Source: Macrostomum hystrix
Lineage: Eukaryota; Animalia; Platyhelminthes
Assembly (NCBI GenBank): GCA_950097015.1
Contig: CATNEN010000039.1
Coordinates: 15,128,001 to 15,192,000 of the forward strand
Direction of reading: 5' to 3'
DNA length: 64,000 nucleotides
Of the stretch, positions 34,001 to 44,698 are shown piece after piece. A program made the position numbers and the translations under genes. How positions within the stretch are numbered: position 1 is the first letter of the stretch; every line of letters starts with the position of its first letter. A model generated the notes under the pieces. It ran no database searches. It was given only the letters and a program-made list of their open reading frames with translations, and had not been told where the DNA came from.

Positions 34001-35281
34001 ATGGCTTACGGGTTCAACCCTAGACTCGATCTGTTCAAGGCGCCTGTGCTTCAGACCTGTATTGAGAAATCTGCTTATGTTGACATTCATCCTGTAAACT
34101 CTATTGTTGCAAACTCACCAATTGAATTTGACTGCCATCAATCAGCTGATGAGTACACTGACCTGCTGAATTCCTTTCTCTATATTCGTTGTCGCGTTGT
34201 GAGATTGGGTGGTGCCCTGATCAGGGAGGATATTGTGACTGATGGTGCTGTTACCGAGCGCAGAGACAGCCAAGTGCACCCGGAGAATTTTGTTCTAGCT
34301 ACGGCCTTCTCGGATGTAATTGTCAGCATCAACCAGCGCATTGTCTCTGGAGGAGACCAGCTGTATCCCTACCATGCCTACTTCAAAGCTCTCATGAGCT
34401 CCTCCGATGCCCAGCAGCTTAAGTTTTACCCTGCTGGATTCCTGGAACCCGACTCTGCCGATGAGAGCCACACCGAGAGGCATATGATCTCCAACTGGGT
34501 GGAATATGCGGGACCCCTCCTCAGCGACATCTTCCAGTGCCCCGTGTTCCTGCTCAACAACTTGCACCTGCACATCAAACTAGTGCCCAGCGATGGAGCC
34601 TTTGCCATTAGAGCTCCTGCCCTCAACACCACAGCTTACCGAATGGAAATTTCCCACTGCATCCTGTACCTTCGCCGTGTCAAGGTGGTGCCCCACATCA
34701 GCCTGGCTCACGAGCAGGGACTAACGAATCAAAATGCTCTCTACCCGATCGAGCGAACTGAAATGCAGAACTTTATCCTGCCCCATGGAATTCAGTCAAA
34801 GAACATCGAGGGATTCACGCACGGAAAGCTCCCGAAGTTCATCATGCTGGCATTTGTGAGCCACCGAGCCTTCAACGGTCATCACCACTCCAGCCCGTTC
34901 CAGTTCCAAAGCTTCGAGCTGAGCCAGCTAGCTCTAAAGAAAGGGGGTGAATCAATGTGCCATGGGGCATTCACACCCGAGAACAATTCGTTTGTGAGGG
35001 AGTACCTGCACTATTTGAAAAGCTGCCAATCTGCAAGCTCCAGTGGTTCAGTTCCGTGGATTCCCTACCAACTGTTCTCGAACGAGAACACAGTGTTCGC
35101 ATTTGATCTCACACCTGAGGGAGCAGCTCTGTGGTACGGCCAGAAGGAGGGAAACCTGCGGCTGGAGATTCGCTTTCGACGGGCACTGGATGAAGCCGTG
35201 TCGCTGATTGTCATGTGCGTCTATGACTCACTGATTGAAGTAACCAAGCACAGGGAGCTCTTGCTGGACTATTCATCTTGA
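34001..35281 (+). CDS. Polinton major capsid protein (double jelly-roll, PY/hexon-like)
   Basis: 426 aa with LDLF..P..QT.IE...YVDIHP, PIEF, YTDL.NSFLY, YPYHAY, GKLPKFI, AFNG..SPFQF, VFAFDLTP and GNLRLEIRF; position within the morphogenesis module fits. Confidence 0.9.
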   Translation: MAYGFNPRLDLFKAPVLQTCIEKSAYVDIHPVNSIVANSPIEFDCHQSADEYTDLLNSFLYIRCRVVRLGGALIREDIVTDGAVTERRDSQVHPENFVLATAFSDVIVSINQRIVSGGDQLYPYHAYFKALMSSSDAQQLKFYPAGFLEPDSADESHTERHMISNWVEYAGPLLSDIFQCPVFLLNNLHLHIKLVPSDGAFAIRAPALNTTAYRMEISHCILYLRRVKVVPHISLAHEQGLTNQNALYPIERTEMQNFILPHGIQSKNIEGFTHGKLPKFIMLAFVSHRAFNGHHHSSPFQFQSFELSQLALKKGGESMCHGAFTPENNSFVREYLHYLKSCQSASSSGSVPWIPYQLFSNENTVFAFDLTPEGAALWYGQKEGNLRLEIRFRRALDEAVSLIVMCVYDSLIEVTKHRELLLDYSS

Positions 35282-35293
35282 GAGTACTGAAAG

Positions 35294-35809
35294 ATGGACT
35301 CAACTCAACTGTACTCTCTAACAAGGAGCTTTTTACCCAGCTCCAAAATCGTTATACTCACTCTCTGCTTAAAGCAGAGAGCTGTCACTGTAAATGCGGG
35401 CCAGAATTTGATGAAAAAATGCTTCAACCGAAATAAAATAATTTTCATTCTGCTAAAACACAGCGTCAGTTTTGGACACTGGGTTGTATGCCACTTTGCT
35501 GATGGAAATACAGTGGAGTTATTCAATTCTCTTGGTTGGGATGAAGAAGCTTTAGCTGTAATTCATGAATACTTGAAGGATATAGGTGGGATGGTTCAAT
35601 TTCAACTGGTTTGCAACGTCAATAAAATCCAAAGCGCTCAGTCGGACAAGTGCGGCCTGTTTTGTGTCTACTTTGCCCACCAGAGGCTAGCTTTGAAGCG
35701 GTCCTTCCTGGGTATTCTCACGAGTCTGCATGCAAAGAAGAAATGTCACCTGAATGATAAAGTACTCAGGCAATTTGAAGTTTGCTTAAGAAAAACCCAG
35801 AAACCTTGA
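35294..35809 (+). CDS. Adenain-like cysteine maturation protease
   Basis: GHWV (His), ELFNSLG, IQSAQSDKCGLFCVYF (Gln and catalytic Cys). Confidence 0.88.
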   Translation: MDSTQLYSLTRSFLPSSKIVILTLCLKQRAVTVNAGQNLMKKCFNRNKIIFILLKHSVSFGHWVVCHFADGNTVELFNSLGWDEEALAVIHEYLKDIGGMVQFQLVCNVNKIQSAQSDKCGLFCVYFAHQRLALKRSFLGILTSLHAKKKCHLNDKVLRQFEVCLRKTQKP

Positions 35810-35835
35810 GTATATTCTGAAAGTCTATTGAAGAG

Positions 35836-36483
35836 ATGGAATCTCAGAAAGCATGCTACGATGTTCGCCTGCGTCAGGGCAGCTGCATGATTGTCAGCGG
35901 TCCCACAAATGCGGGAAAGACAACCTTTGTGAAGCATCTAATTCAGTATAGGGAAGTCCTATTCGACATTCAACCTGGCAGAGTGCTCTGGTACTATGGG
36001 ATTCCACAGCCGGCGCATGCTGAGCTAAGCCGCCTGGGGGTCCACTTGCAGCAGGGATTCCCCTCCAACTTTGAGACAGCACTCAGATCCAATGACCTGG
36101 TTGTGTTTGACGACTTGATTGACGAAAGCTCAAGTTCTGCTTCAATGCGAAATATCTTTACTGGAATAGCCCATCATCTGCCCTGCTTTCTGGTGATGCT
36201 GACACAGAACATGTTTTTCAAGGGAAAGGAGTTGCGGACGATGAGTTTGAATGCCATGTACTTCGTAATCATGAAGAACCCCAGAGATCAGCTGCAGATT
36301 TCCGCATTGGGCAGGCAGTGCTTTCCCGAGAAGCCGAGTTTTCTGCTTGCGGTGTTCAAGCATGTCACATCGCAGGGTAGGGGGGCATATCTGTTTCTGG
36401 ATTTCCACCCGTCCACCCCCGATGAGCGGCGAGTCCGAGCGCGAGTTCTGCCCAATCAGCGCCCCCATCTGGTCTATGCTTAA
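35836..36483 (+). CDS. A32/FtsK-like genome-packaging ATPase
   Basis: Walker A SGPTNAGKT, Walker B LVVFDDL, then LTQN, RTMSLNA and KNPRD. Confidence 0.93.
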   Translation: MESQKACYDVRLRQGSCMIVSGPTNAGKTTFVKHLIQYREVLFDIQPGRVLWYYGIPQPAHAELSRLGVHLQQGFPSNFETALRSNDLVVFDDLIDESSSSASMRNIFTGIAHHLPCFLVMLTQNMFFKGKELRTMSLNAMYFVIMKNPRDQLQISALGRQCFPEKPSFLLAVFKHVTSQGRGAYLFLDFHPSTPDERRVRARVLPNQRPHLVYA

Positions 36484-36532
36484 GAATGGATCACTTGTGA
36501 TCATCCTGGTCATTCAAACAAAGAAAATTAAT

Positions 36533-36849
36533 ATGGAAGTGTTTGATTGCCATCAAAGTTTGTTTGAAGTTCTAGCCTCATATGCTAAATACACTATTCG
36601 CCTCAAGCGCATGTTAATAAAAGAAAGCCCAAAAGAAGTTGGAATTTTCCTTGCTGAAGCCTGCCACAACCTGCTACAAGACAATTTACCCTTCTCACCT
36701 CAACTGTACTTAAAAAATCAAAGGAAATTATCCGCAGAATCCCTGCAAAGAAAAGAAAAGCTGATTTGCTGACTGCTGCTTTCATCAAGATTCTTCCAGT
36801 TCTGCTGAAACTTGTGAAGAAGAGGAGGGCAAATGCACAAATTCAATGA
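36533..36849 (+). pseudogene. Small Polinton morphogenesis-module protein, apparently frameshifted near 36770
   Basis: LAEACHNLLQDNLP..SLQRKEKL, with an amphipathic tail (AAFIKILPVLLKLV) in another frame. Resembles the small ORF that typically follows the Polinton ATPase. Confidence 0.45.
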
Positions 36850-37614
36850 AATGGTTTTAATTGCGAAATCAGAGTATGAAATGCTGACACAGAGTGCAAA
36901 GCCCACTGAGTCTGTAACTGATGCGACCATGAAACAGGCGCAGATGAAGTGTGATGAAATTCTGTTCGCTGAAGATTGTCCTGACGATGTGAAGACTGCC
37001 ATGTACCAGAGTGCAATGAAAAGCCTGCTGGTCAAACGCAAGCAGCTAGGAAACGAAGTGAGAGGTAGTGAGGCAAAAGTTTTGAAAGTGGAGATGACAG
37101 GTAGAAACTTGGATGAAAAGATCTATCAGTCAGTGCCACAGAAGTTCAAGGCAAGAGCTCGCAGTCTATGGGCCATCCTGTCCGGTAATGAGTCTTCAAT
37201 CCGAGTTTATGACAATGGGGAGGTCGAGATTTCAGGCCGCTTGATCCCCGCCTCAAACATTGTGGATTTAATTCAGCACACTGTAAGAGACTCACAGAGT
37301 GCCAGTGAACCAACTGGCTGGAAAGAATTCATTGATTTACTAAGACAAAAGGACCTAAATGTCCCTTTGACTGCAGTTGGAAAGTTTGCTCGCAAGCAAA
37401 TTCTGCAGCACACTGCTGATGGCGCTGATAGAGTTCGCAATGAACAATCTCCAATCAAGGGATTAGGCAGTGAGTGTGCGTGGCTAAGGCTTAACAAAGG
37501 CAGAAGAAACGCTATAATAACTCGAATGAAAAATAGAAAAATATTTTCAAAAGTTTCAAGCGGTGTCCATACCAAAAGAGCTCGAAGTATGGCATCACCG
37601 GTACCACCACCACC

Positions 37615-37655
<41 letters not shown>

Positions 37656-38251
37656 TCGAATTGAATACAGCAGCTTCAACCCTGAGGGTCACCAATCTGG
37701 TTGGCGGAGTGGATCTAAGACTGACTGGAGGCAGGGGCGCCCAGCTTCCTTTAAGGGAGCTGGCTCTCAGCATGGCTAATGTGATCTACCGGCCCGTTTG
37801 GCCCCGAGTGCTCATCAAGCAGATGCGTCAACCCAGAGTCACCCTGCTGCTCTACCCAACTGGTCAACTGAGCATCTGCGGCGCAAAGTGCTACTCCGAC
37901 TCAGTCAGAGCTGCCCATCGCTTCGTGGCTATGCTACATCGCCGAGTGCCGGCTCAACTGCTGCCTCGTCAAGCTGTCTGCTTGAGAATCAAGACTATCA
38001 CTGCGCATGGCAAACTTAATTTTAGCAATGCACTTCCCTTGGCGAATCTTGTTGATGCATTGCCGAACGCTGAATATGAACCCGAAACTTTTACTGCTTT
38101 AATATGTAAACTCCGTAATTGTAAATGTTTGCTATTTCACAATGGCTCATTTGTACTCAGTGGTGCAAAGTCAATAAATGTGCTGGAGGAGGACTTATCT
38201 CATTTGCTCAACCTTCTCTCTGCGAATTCGTTGTTTTTTCAAAATAAATAA
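36833..38251 (+). CDS. Conserved Polinton protein (PZ-like; IPASNIVDLI..PTGWKEF..NVP) in frame with a C-terminal TATA-binding-protein-like domain
   Basis: Single 472-codon frame. The first ~220 aa carry Polinton-type motifs and the last ~190 aa are a two-repeat TBP core. Confidence 0.85.
37589..38251 (+). CDS. TBP: Divergent TATA-box-binding protein (TBP/TRF-like), possibly translated from its own ATG at 37589
   Basis: Repeat 1: VTNLVGGVDL..LPLRELALSMANVIYRP..MRQPRVTLLLYPTGQLSICGAK..SVRAAHRF. Repeat 2: LPLANL..AEYEPETFTALICKL..CLLFHNGSFVLSGAK. These are colinear with canonical [31 protein letters not shown] and YEPELFPGLIYR..LLIFVSGKVVLTGAK. Confidence 0.88.
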
Positions 38252-38474
38252 ATCGAAAGCGTGTTCCAAGAATCTAGCAAATTTTCATGCCGATTGAAAT
38301 GTTGTTGAACAAAATCAGTGCGTCAGATATATTTTCTTTCATCGTTGAATTTTATTTTGTAAAAAGTATTTCGATTCTTTAAATTTAATCGCAGACGTGT
38401 TGCGATCGTTTTTTAACATGCAGAATTAGCAGAAATTAAAATTACTGGATTTCTGTCAAATAATCAACGCGTGA

Positions 38475-41400
38475 TTAATCCTCATCATGATGGCGTGAAC
38501 TGGCTAGGCGCCGCTTGCGTTTGGTGATACCATTTTGATGCTGCTGCTGCTGTAGAAGTCGGAAGTGTCCGAACGGGAGACTACAGTTCGGTCCTAGCCA
38601 GGCACGCTTGTCCTCCCAAATGCTAAGCGCACACTTCCTTTGTTGCAGAGTGAAGAGTCTGTGTCGTATGCTGGCAATACGCTGAACAACGACAGAGAGG
38701 CTGCAGAGCTCTTTGAAGACCTTCAAGTAGTCGCTATGAGCAATCTCCCTCTTGACAACACATCCCTGAATACCTTTAGCTCTTTTCTTCTCGGCTGATT
38801 CATCGCTTGCCCTAAACGAGTAAAGCTTCGGTCTTAGGAGCAGCCACTCCAGATAGTAAGCTCCTGCTGCTTCATCCTTGATGCAACCCAGACGAGCCTT
38901 TAATTCGTTCGAGAACAGTGCATGCTGGGGTGGATAGTTTGAGGTATCTAATAACCGCTTCGACTTGAGCAGAGGCAGAACTCCAGACTGAACGCTCATG
39001 TTGCTGATTGAAAGAAAGAAAGAGTCGGTATCTCCACCACAGAGTCTCACACTAGCTCCTTCCTGCTCAATCCATGGCTTGAGCTTGTCGTAGAAAAGTT
39101 CATACATGATCATCTTCGAATAGTCCAGAACGCACTGTCCAATGAAGATTGGTCGGTCAAGTTTAATCTTGGTCTTCTGCAACTCCATAATGCTAAGCGA
39201 GCCGGTAATAATGTTGAAACTTGTCACTGACGGCTTCGAGGCGAGCACCTTCGCCTTTGCAACATCGGTGCAAATTCTAATGTCGCGTCTCTTACGCACA
39301 TTTTCCATTGTCTTGCCAAACAATGCGTTGTTTTTCAGCTTGTAAAAATATTTTTCAAAGCTGTTTGATGCAGCAGCTCGCTTTGCACTATTTTTCTCGA
39401 CATACGAAGCAAAGACGGGCTCTTGTCGGAACTCAATCATGCGATTGATACACTTTATTCGCATTCCATGTCGTAAGTAAAATGCCAGTATGGAAGAATG
39501 AAGTATATAGGACTTCTTGTCATGGCAGGTGAGCATTAGCTTCTCTGTTGGATGGTAGGCAGAGTCCTCTTTACCAAATTGCTTCCACAGCTGCTTCATG
39601 TATTCAGGAAACTCGCTGAAACTCGGCGCCATCTTTTCTGGCGCAAATGGTAAATCTTCTGTGCTGGTATGAATCTCTATCGAGTACAGAAGGTCAGCAT
39701 CGATAAGGTAGGCAACAGAATCTGTCGTTTGCAGTCCTTGAATACGATCATCTGTCCATAGGAGCAACTCTTCTTCGTCTAGCCAGCGGAAGTCTCCAAC
39801 TGGCAAATGCATCGTGAGAGCTTGTCCATAGAGGTTGTTGGCGTCTACTGCGAGGAGCTCAGTGCGATCAGCTGGTGGAGTTGTCAGGTCTGTCTCACTC
39901 TCATCATCATCGCACTGAGAGCTTACATTACGTGGGCTTGCCAACACTCGGTGAACGTTCACAAAAGTTATGCCTCCTCGAATTCCACACTCAAACATTG
40001 AATACATTTGCGGATCTGTTAAAAGTTCGATTGGAGACCTGATGGACTTTAGCGCAGAAGCAAAAGATAGTCCTGGAGTTGTAATGAAATGAACAGGATC
40101 AAGACCATCCTCTCGAAGACTGAGCTTCCGAAAATTTTCAAACACATCTGCAAGCTGTCTAATGTCCAACTCAAGGTAGCGCAGCATGTAGTCCTTCAAA
40201 TTGGTCACCTGAAATTCATGCCAGGCTCGCTGTGCATGCTCATAATCCGAGTCGCTGCAGTGACTCTTCGTAAGAAGATTATAAAAGTTTTCTTTGCTGG
40301 GAAGTACCATGTCATTGAGCACATCGATCTTCGTCAGATAATCATACGGAAAGATGCCTTTGTTGAACAACACTTCCGATGACAGACTCGGATACGAGTT
40401 TTTAAGCCGAGCCGTGATTGGGCATTCTTCTTCTGGCAAATTCTTGATCAGCTGTGCCAGGCTGGCATTCAGGAACTGATTGGAATCGATGAATTGAATA
40501 GTGAAATAGAGCGGCTTGATCTTGCCCTCACTCTCATATTCATCGATTTTGAATTCAATCTTCATAGCGAGAAACTGCTCAGGATTCTGCGGTATGACTG
40601 AAATTCTCCATCCTTCCATGAGACCCAACGCTGTTGACAACATCAGATGAATGTCATACCCTTTTAAGTTGTGCATGATGATGGGTAGAAAGCGTCTCTT
40701 TAGTCTCGCTTGCATGTTGCAGGGTGGGCAAGCGGCTCCTCGGAATATACCACTCAGGTGATCATGATCCCAGTGTTTCTGGGACTCGTTCTGAAACTGG
40801 CTTCCACAGTAGCAGCAGGCTACGGCTTCTCGAAACAGCTTTTTAGCTGCATCAGTCTTTATGGCTGCCTGCCTACTGAACTCCGTGTTCCAGCCGTATA
40901 CTTCTCGAGCGAGCTGCTCCAGTGACTGCAGGAACTCGGCAATGCACTTGTTGGGATCATCGCTAACAAAAGTGCTCACTTTGTCATCAGCTCCCCGAGG
41001 TGCTAATCCTGTCATGCCTTCTCTGTGCACCACAATGTAGCCCGCGGCAACGGCAACATGCTCAGTGACCTTCTTCGTAGATGAACCTGCTGGTAGATCG
41101 TCTTGACATGGTACATTCAGTGCTTCAAAGTCGGCATAAACAACGAATGGTGGACTGATTGTTTTTTCCCATGACGAAAATTGCAAAAAATTGTGATTTA
41201 CATCTGGCAACTCTTCCTTTACGTTGATCACTCCAGGTTGACAAGGAGCTCGACAGTGCTCTTCAAAGGCTGAGTCACTGTGAAAGGGCATCAAGCAGCG
41301 CTCACACCACTTTCGCTGATGCAGGGACACTTTGCTATTGAGAAGCCGGTTGATGCTTGAGACAGCGCACCAATGACCTGAGACCTCATCTTCCGATGGC

Positions 41401-42590
41401 GGAACGAACAAGAGCAGAACAACTCTTCGATCTTTCATTGTGGCTGCAGTAGGCACGCGGAGGACTTGAGCAGCATCATTCTCCCAGATGAAAACTGTGA
41501 AGCATAGTCCTGTGTTTTGTCTCTCAACAGCAGCAAGGTCGTTCACGTTGACTGGCAAGTTCAAACCACTCATGTCGAGTTCATCCAGCCAGTCGGTGTA
41601 CGAGGATTCGCGTTGCGCTGATTTTCTTATTTTGCTGTTTTCCTTGTGTAGGAAAGCAAGGCATGCATAACGGAAACAATTTTCACCATTGCTTGGAGGA
41701 CAAATAACAGCCTTCTTCCGTAGAAGCAGAGTCGGCAGTACAAATTCTGCAGCACGCCCTGTATAGTAGGGAACTCGATCGACGAGAGCAGAGTAAAGTT
41801 CAAAAAAATTGACCTTGTCAATCATCCAACCGCTACCGTTGGCGTTGTACACATCGACTTTGCGCTCCAGCTCCGTAAACTGCTGCCTCCACCAATCATC
41901 GAACTCCTCCACATCTACCAGCAATCCGAGTTGTGTGCTCATCCATTTATCCTCCGCATTTACAACTTCTAACGCCTGCACCCTGATCATGTGCAAATTC
42001 AACTTAATCTGAGCTCTCACGAAGCAATTTTCAGAGGAGTCGAGGCGAACTTCAAGACACTGCAGGACAGCGTTTTTGCTTAAATCAAGAAACTCGAAAG
42101 GCTCAGTGATAGATTTCGGAGTAAATCGATGAACTTGAAGAACATCATCGTGAGCGCTATTTTCCAACGTCAGGAAGAAAGATGGTCCTACAATTAAAGA
42201 GGAAGAGGAAGACAACAGTAATAATATTGGTTTCATTTATTTATTGCTTTAACATTCAGGCTCAAATACTTCTCTGTTTCACCTCATCCAATTTTAAGCC
42301 CAACGATTAATTTCACTCCATATCCTGTTCATATGCCCCCATTTTAACTTATTTCCCGAGAAATAATCCTAAATTTAAAACGATACCGTAGCAGAGGCAT
42401 GTCTACAACGAGCTAGCAAGCAAAAACTAACATAATAAGCACATCATCCACAAGCACGTGTGCCCTTGTCAAGTAGTTCAAACAAATAAGTCAGGCATAA
42501 AATGTTTCACTTACTGCTTGACCCGAACTCGCGACTGACAGCTGGGTCCAGCAGCGCTTCCTTGAGACTCGATGAGGCCCCAGAAGACAT
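38475..42590 (-). CDS. polB: Protein-primed family B DNA polymerase (pPolB); probable first exon 42590-42515 and main exon 42187-38475
   Basis: Exonuclease motifs VYADFE, MHNLKGYD, FIDS, KGIFPY and YLELD. Polymerase motifs DANNLYG, KLKNNALFGK, GDTDS, RPKLY and RAKG. EndoVII-like insert CCYC..DHDH.SG.FRGAAC..CN. The frame is uninterrupted for 1253 codons. Confidence 0.96.
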
Positions 42591-43112
42591 CACAGAGAAT
42601 TATGGTGAAGCTATGCGGCACCACTCAGAAAGCAAGTCAATGCTGCTGAAATTCAGTTTCAATTTCATTTTGCATGCAAATTATACATCGATATCGATAG
42701 ATCAAATTCTAGTCTGGTCCACATAGAGTCAAGAGTTGAAACCAATCCTAAAAGCAAAGAGTTTGAGTGAGTGATTGAATCCTAGCTGCTATAGAACCTG
42801 ATTTAAAGAAAAAATACGTAAAACCGTGAATTCATAAAAATTAATGATAACAAATGCGTCCGGAGCATCATTTCAATCCATTTTATTTCTTCCAAAAACA
42901 CATGACCACAGAAAATCATGCTCTAAAAATCACTTCTCGCTCCTTATCATCATCATAATAAAAGTTACAATGTGAACTGTCTCAAGGCAAATAATATTAT
43001 CATTTACTTATATATAACAGCAAAAATAGAACACGGATGCCGACTTTAAATGCTGTCACTCGAGACACAACGCTTATGGGAAATTGGAATTAACAGTAAT
43101 CTATTGTTCGAT

Positions 43113-44429
43113 CTACTGCTGAACACTACTCAATTTAATGCACACACCACCCCCAAAGTCAATGGTGTACTCGCCGACAACGCTGCTGGGAAGCACGAGC
43201 TGCATGAAGACTGGGACTGGTGCGGCTTCTACAACTTTGACTGCCTCTTGCATAACAGTAGGCTGAGCAGCTGGCTCATCCTGCTCTAGTTCATGCAGAA
43301 TGTCCGTCAAGCTGATGTCCATGTTCACAATTGCTCTGGCCTGCTCCAGATTTTTTGCGGCAATTGGAGGGGGTCGTTGCTGCTGCTGCTGCTGCTGCTG
43401 CCGCTGTCCTTCTGTATTCCCGGCATCTTCCAAGTCAAACTCGAGGTCTTCGAAGAATGCTGTGTTCAGCTCCTCAGCGGGTGAATCAAGCTGAATAATT
43501 GGAATGCCATCTTCATCATCATCATTCTCATGATAGTTAATAACCTGATCAGGCCTGAATTCAGCTGCGACCAGCTCAACTACATTAGCGGAGGCAGCAG
43601 TGGCGGCTGCGGCATCGAGGACATCAGGTGCGACGGTGGCGTGGACATCAGGTGCGGCGGTGGTGTGGACATCAGGTGCGATGGTGGCGTGGACATCAGG
43701 TGCGGCGGTGGCGTGGACATCAGGTGCGGCGGTGGCGTGGACACCAGGTGCGATGGTGTGGACATCAGGTGCGGCGGTGGCGTGAACATCAGGTGCAACG
43801 GTGGCGTGGACATCAGGTGCGGTGGTGGAGTGGACATCAGGTGCGGCGGTGGCGTGGACATCAGGTGCGATGGTGGAGTGGACATCAGGTGCGGCGGTGG
43901 CGTGGACATCAGGTGCGGCGGTGGCGTGGACACCAGGTGCGATGGTGTGGACATCAGGTGCGGCGGTGGCGTGAACATCAGGTGCAACGGTGGTGGAGGG
44001 TTGAACATCGGCTGCAGCGGCGGAGGCTGCAACAACGACAAGGGCGACTCGGGTGGCAGCAGAGGAGGTATCAGACATTTCAGTGCAGATCCCTCGAATA
44101 GTCTGGCTGAGCGTGCTCACCGGCTGGCGCATTCGCTCAGACTCTTTGCGAGCTTCGTCGTGCTGAGCAGCTTCGAGGGCAGCAGATCGGGACGCATCCA
44201 TGTCGCTTGGAGCACCCCAATTGATCACTAAATGGTTTCTGTGATTTTTTATTTGTGCTCGAGCGTTGAAAACTTCGACTGATTGGCACTGCATGCAAGC
44301 AAGCCAGCGACTAACTCGGCATGAGTCTTTTGACTTGTGCCATTTTAGTCCGCCCAGCTCGCACAGGCCGCAGTCGATGCACACCTCGAACACGTAGGAT
44401 GGGCAGCGCGATTTGTTTTTTGCAGTCAT
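43113..44429 (-). CDS. Polinton accessory protein: Cys-rich N-terminus, APDVHATA repeats, acidic/Gln-rich C-terminus
   Basis: Long ORF inside the TIRs with CxxC pairs (CIDC, CMQC) and an in-frame 21/24-bp repeat array. No family recognised. Confidence 0.65.
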   Translation of the reverse strand: MTAKNKSRCPSYVFEVCIDCGLCELGGLKWHKSKDSCRVSRWLACMQCQSVEVFNARAQIKNHRNHLVINWGAPSDMDASRSAALEAAQHDEARKESERMRQPVSTLSQTIRGICTEMSDTSSAATRVALVVVAASAAAADVQPSTTVAPDVHATAAPDVHTIAPGVHATAAPDVHATAAPDVHSTIAPDVHATAAPDVHSTTAPDVHATVAPDVHATAAPDVHTIAPGVHATAAPDVHATAAPDVHATIAPDVHTTAAPDVHATVAPDVLDAAAATAASANVVELVAAEFRPDQVINYHENDDDEDGIPIIQLDSPAEELNTAFFEDLEFDLEDAGNTEGQRQQQQQQQQRPPPIAAKNLEQARAIVNMDISLTDILHELEQDEPAAQPTVMQEAVKVVEAAPVPVFMQLVLPSSVVGEYTIDFGGGVCIKLSSVQQ

Positions 44430-44653
44430 GGCGGCTCCAGTAGGATAGTTTTTTAATCTCTGGCGACGCCACTGATTAATTCCAGGTGTAATATATAAAT
44501 ATCCAGGTAGCTGTTCTTCAGAAGAACATAGCACCAGTGTTTACTGTTTGGCTATGTTTGTGCAGATCGATTTTTTACTACGAAAATAGAAAATTTTTCT
44601 ATTATAAGTTTATGGCTTGCTTACAAGCCATTCCACTTCACATGCATGCCGCC

Positions 44654-44654
<1 letters not shown>

Positions 44655-44697
<43 letters not shown>
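44655..44697. repeat. (TG)n microsatellite
   Basis: About 21 TG units. Confidence 0.95.
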
Positions 44698-44698
<1 letters not shown>

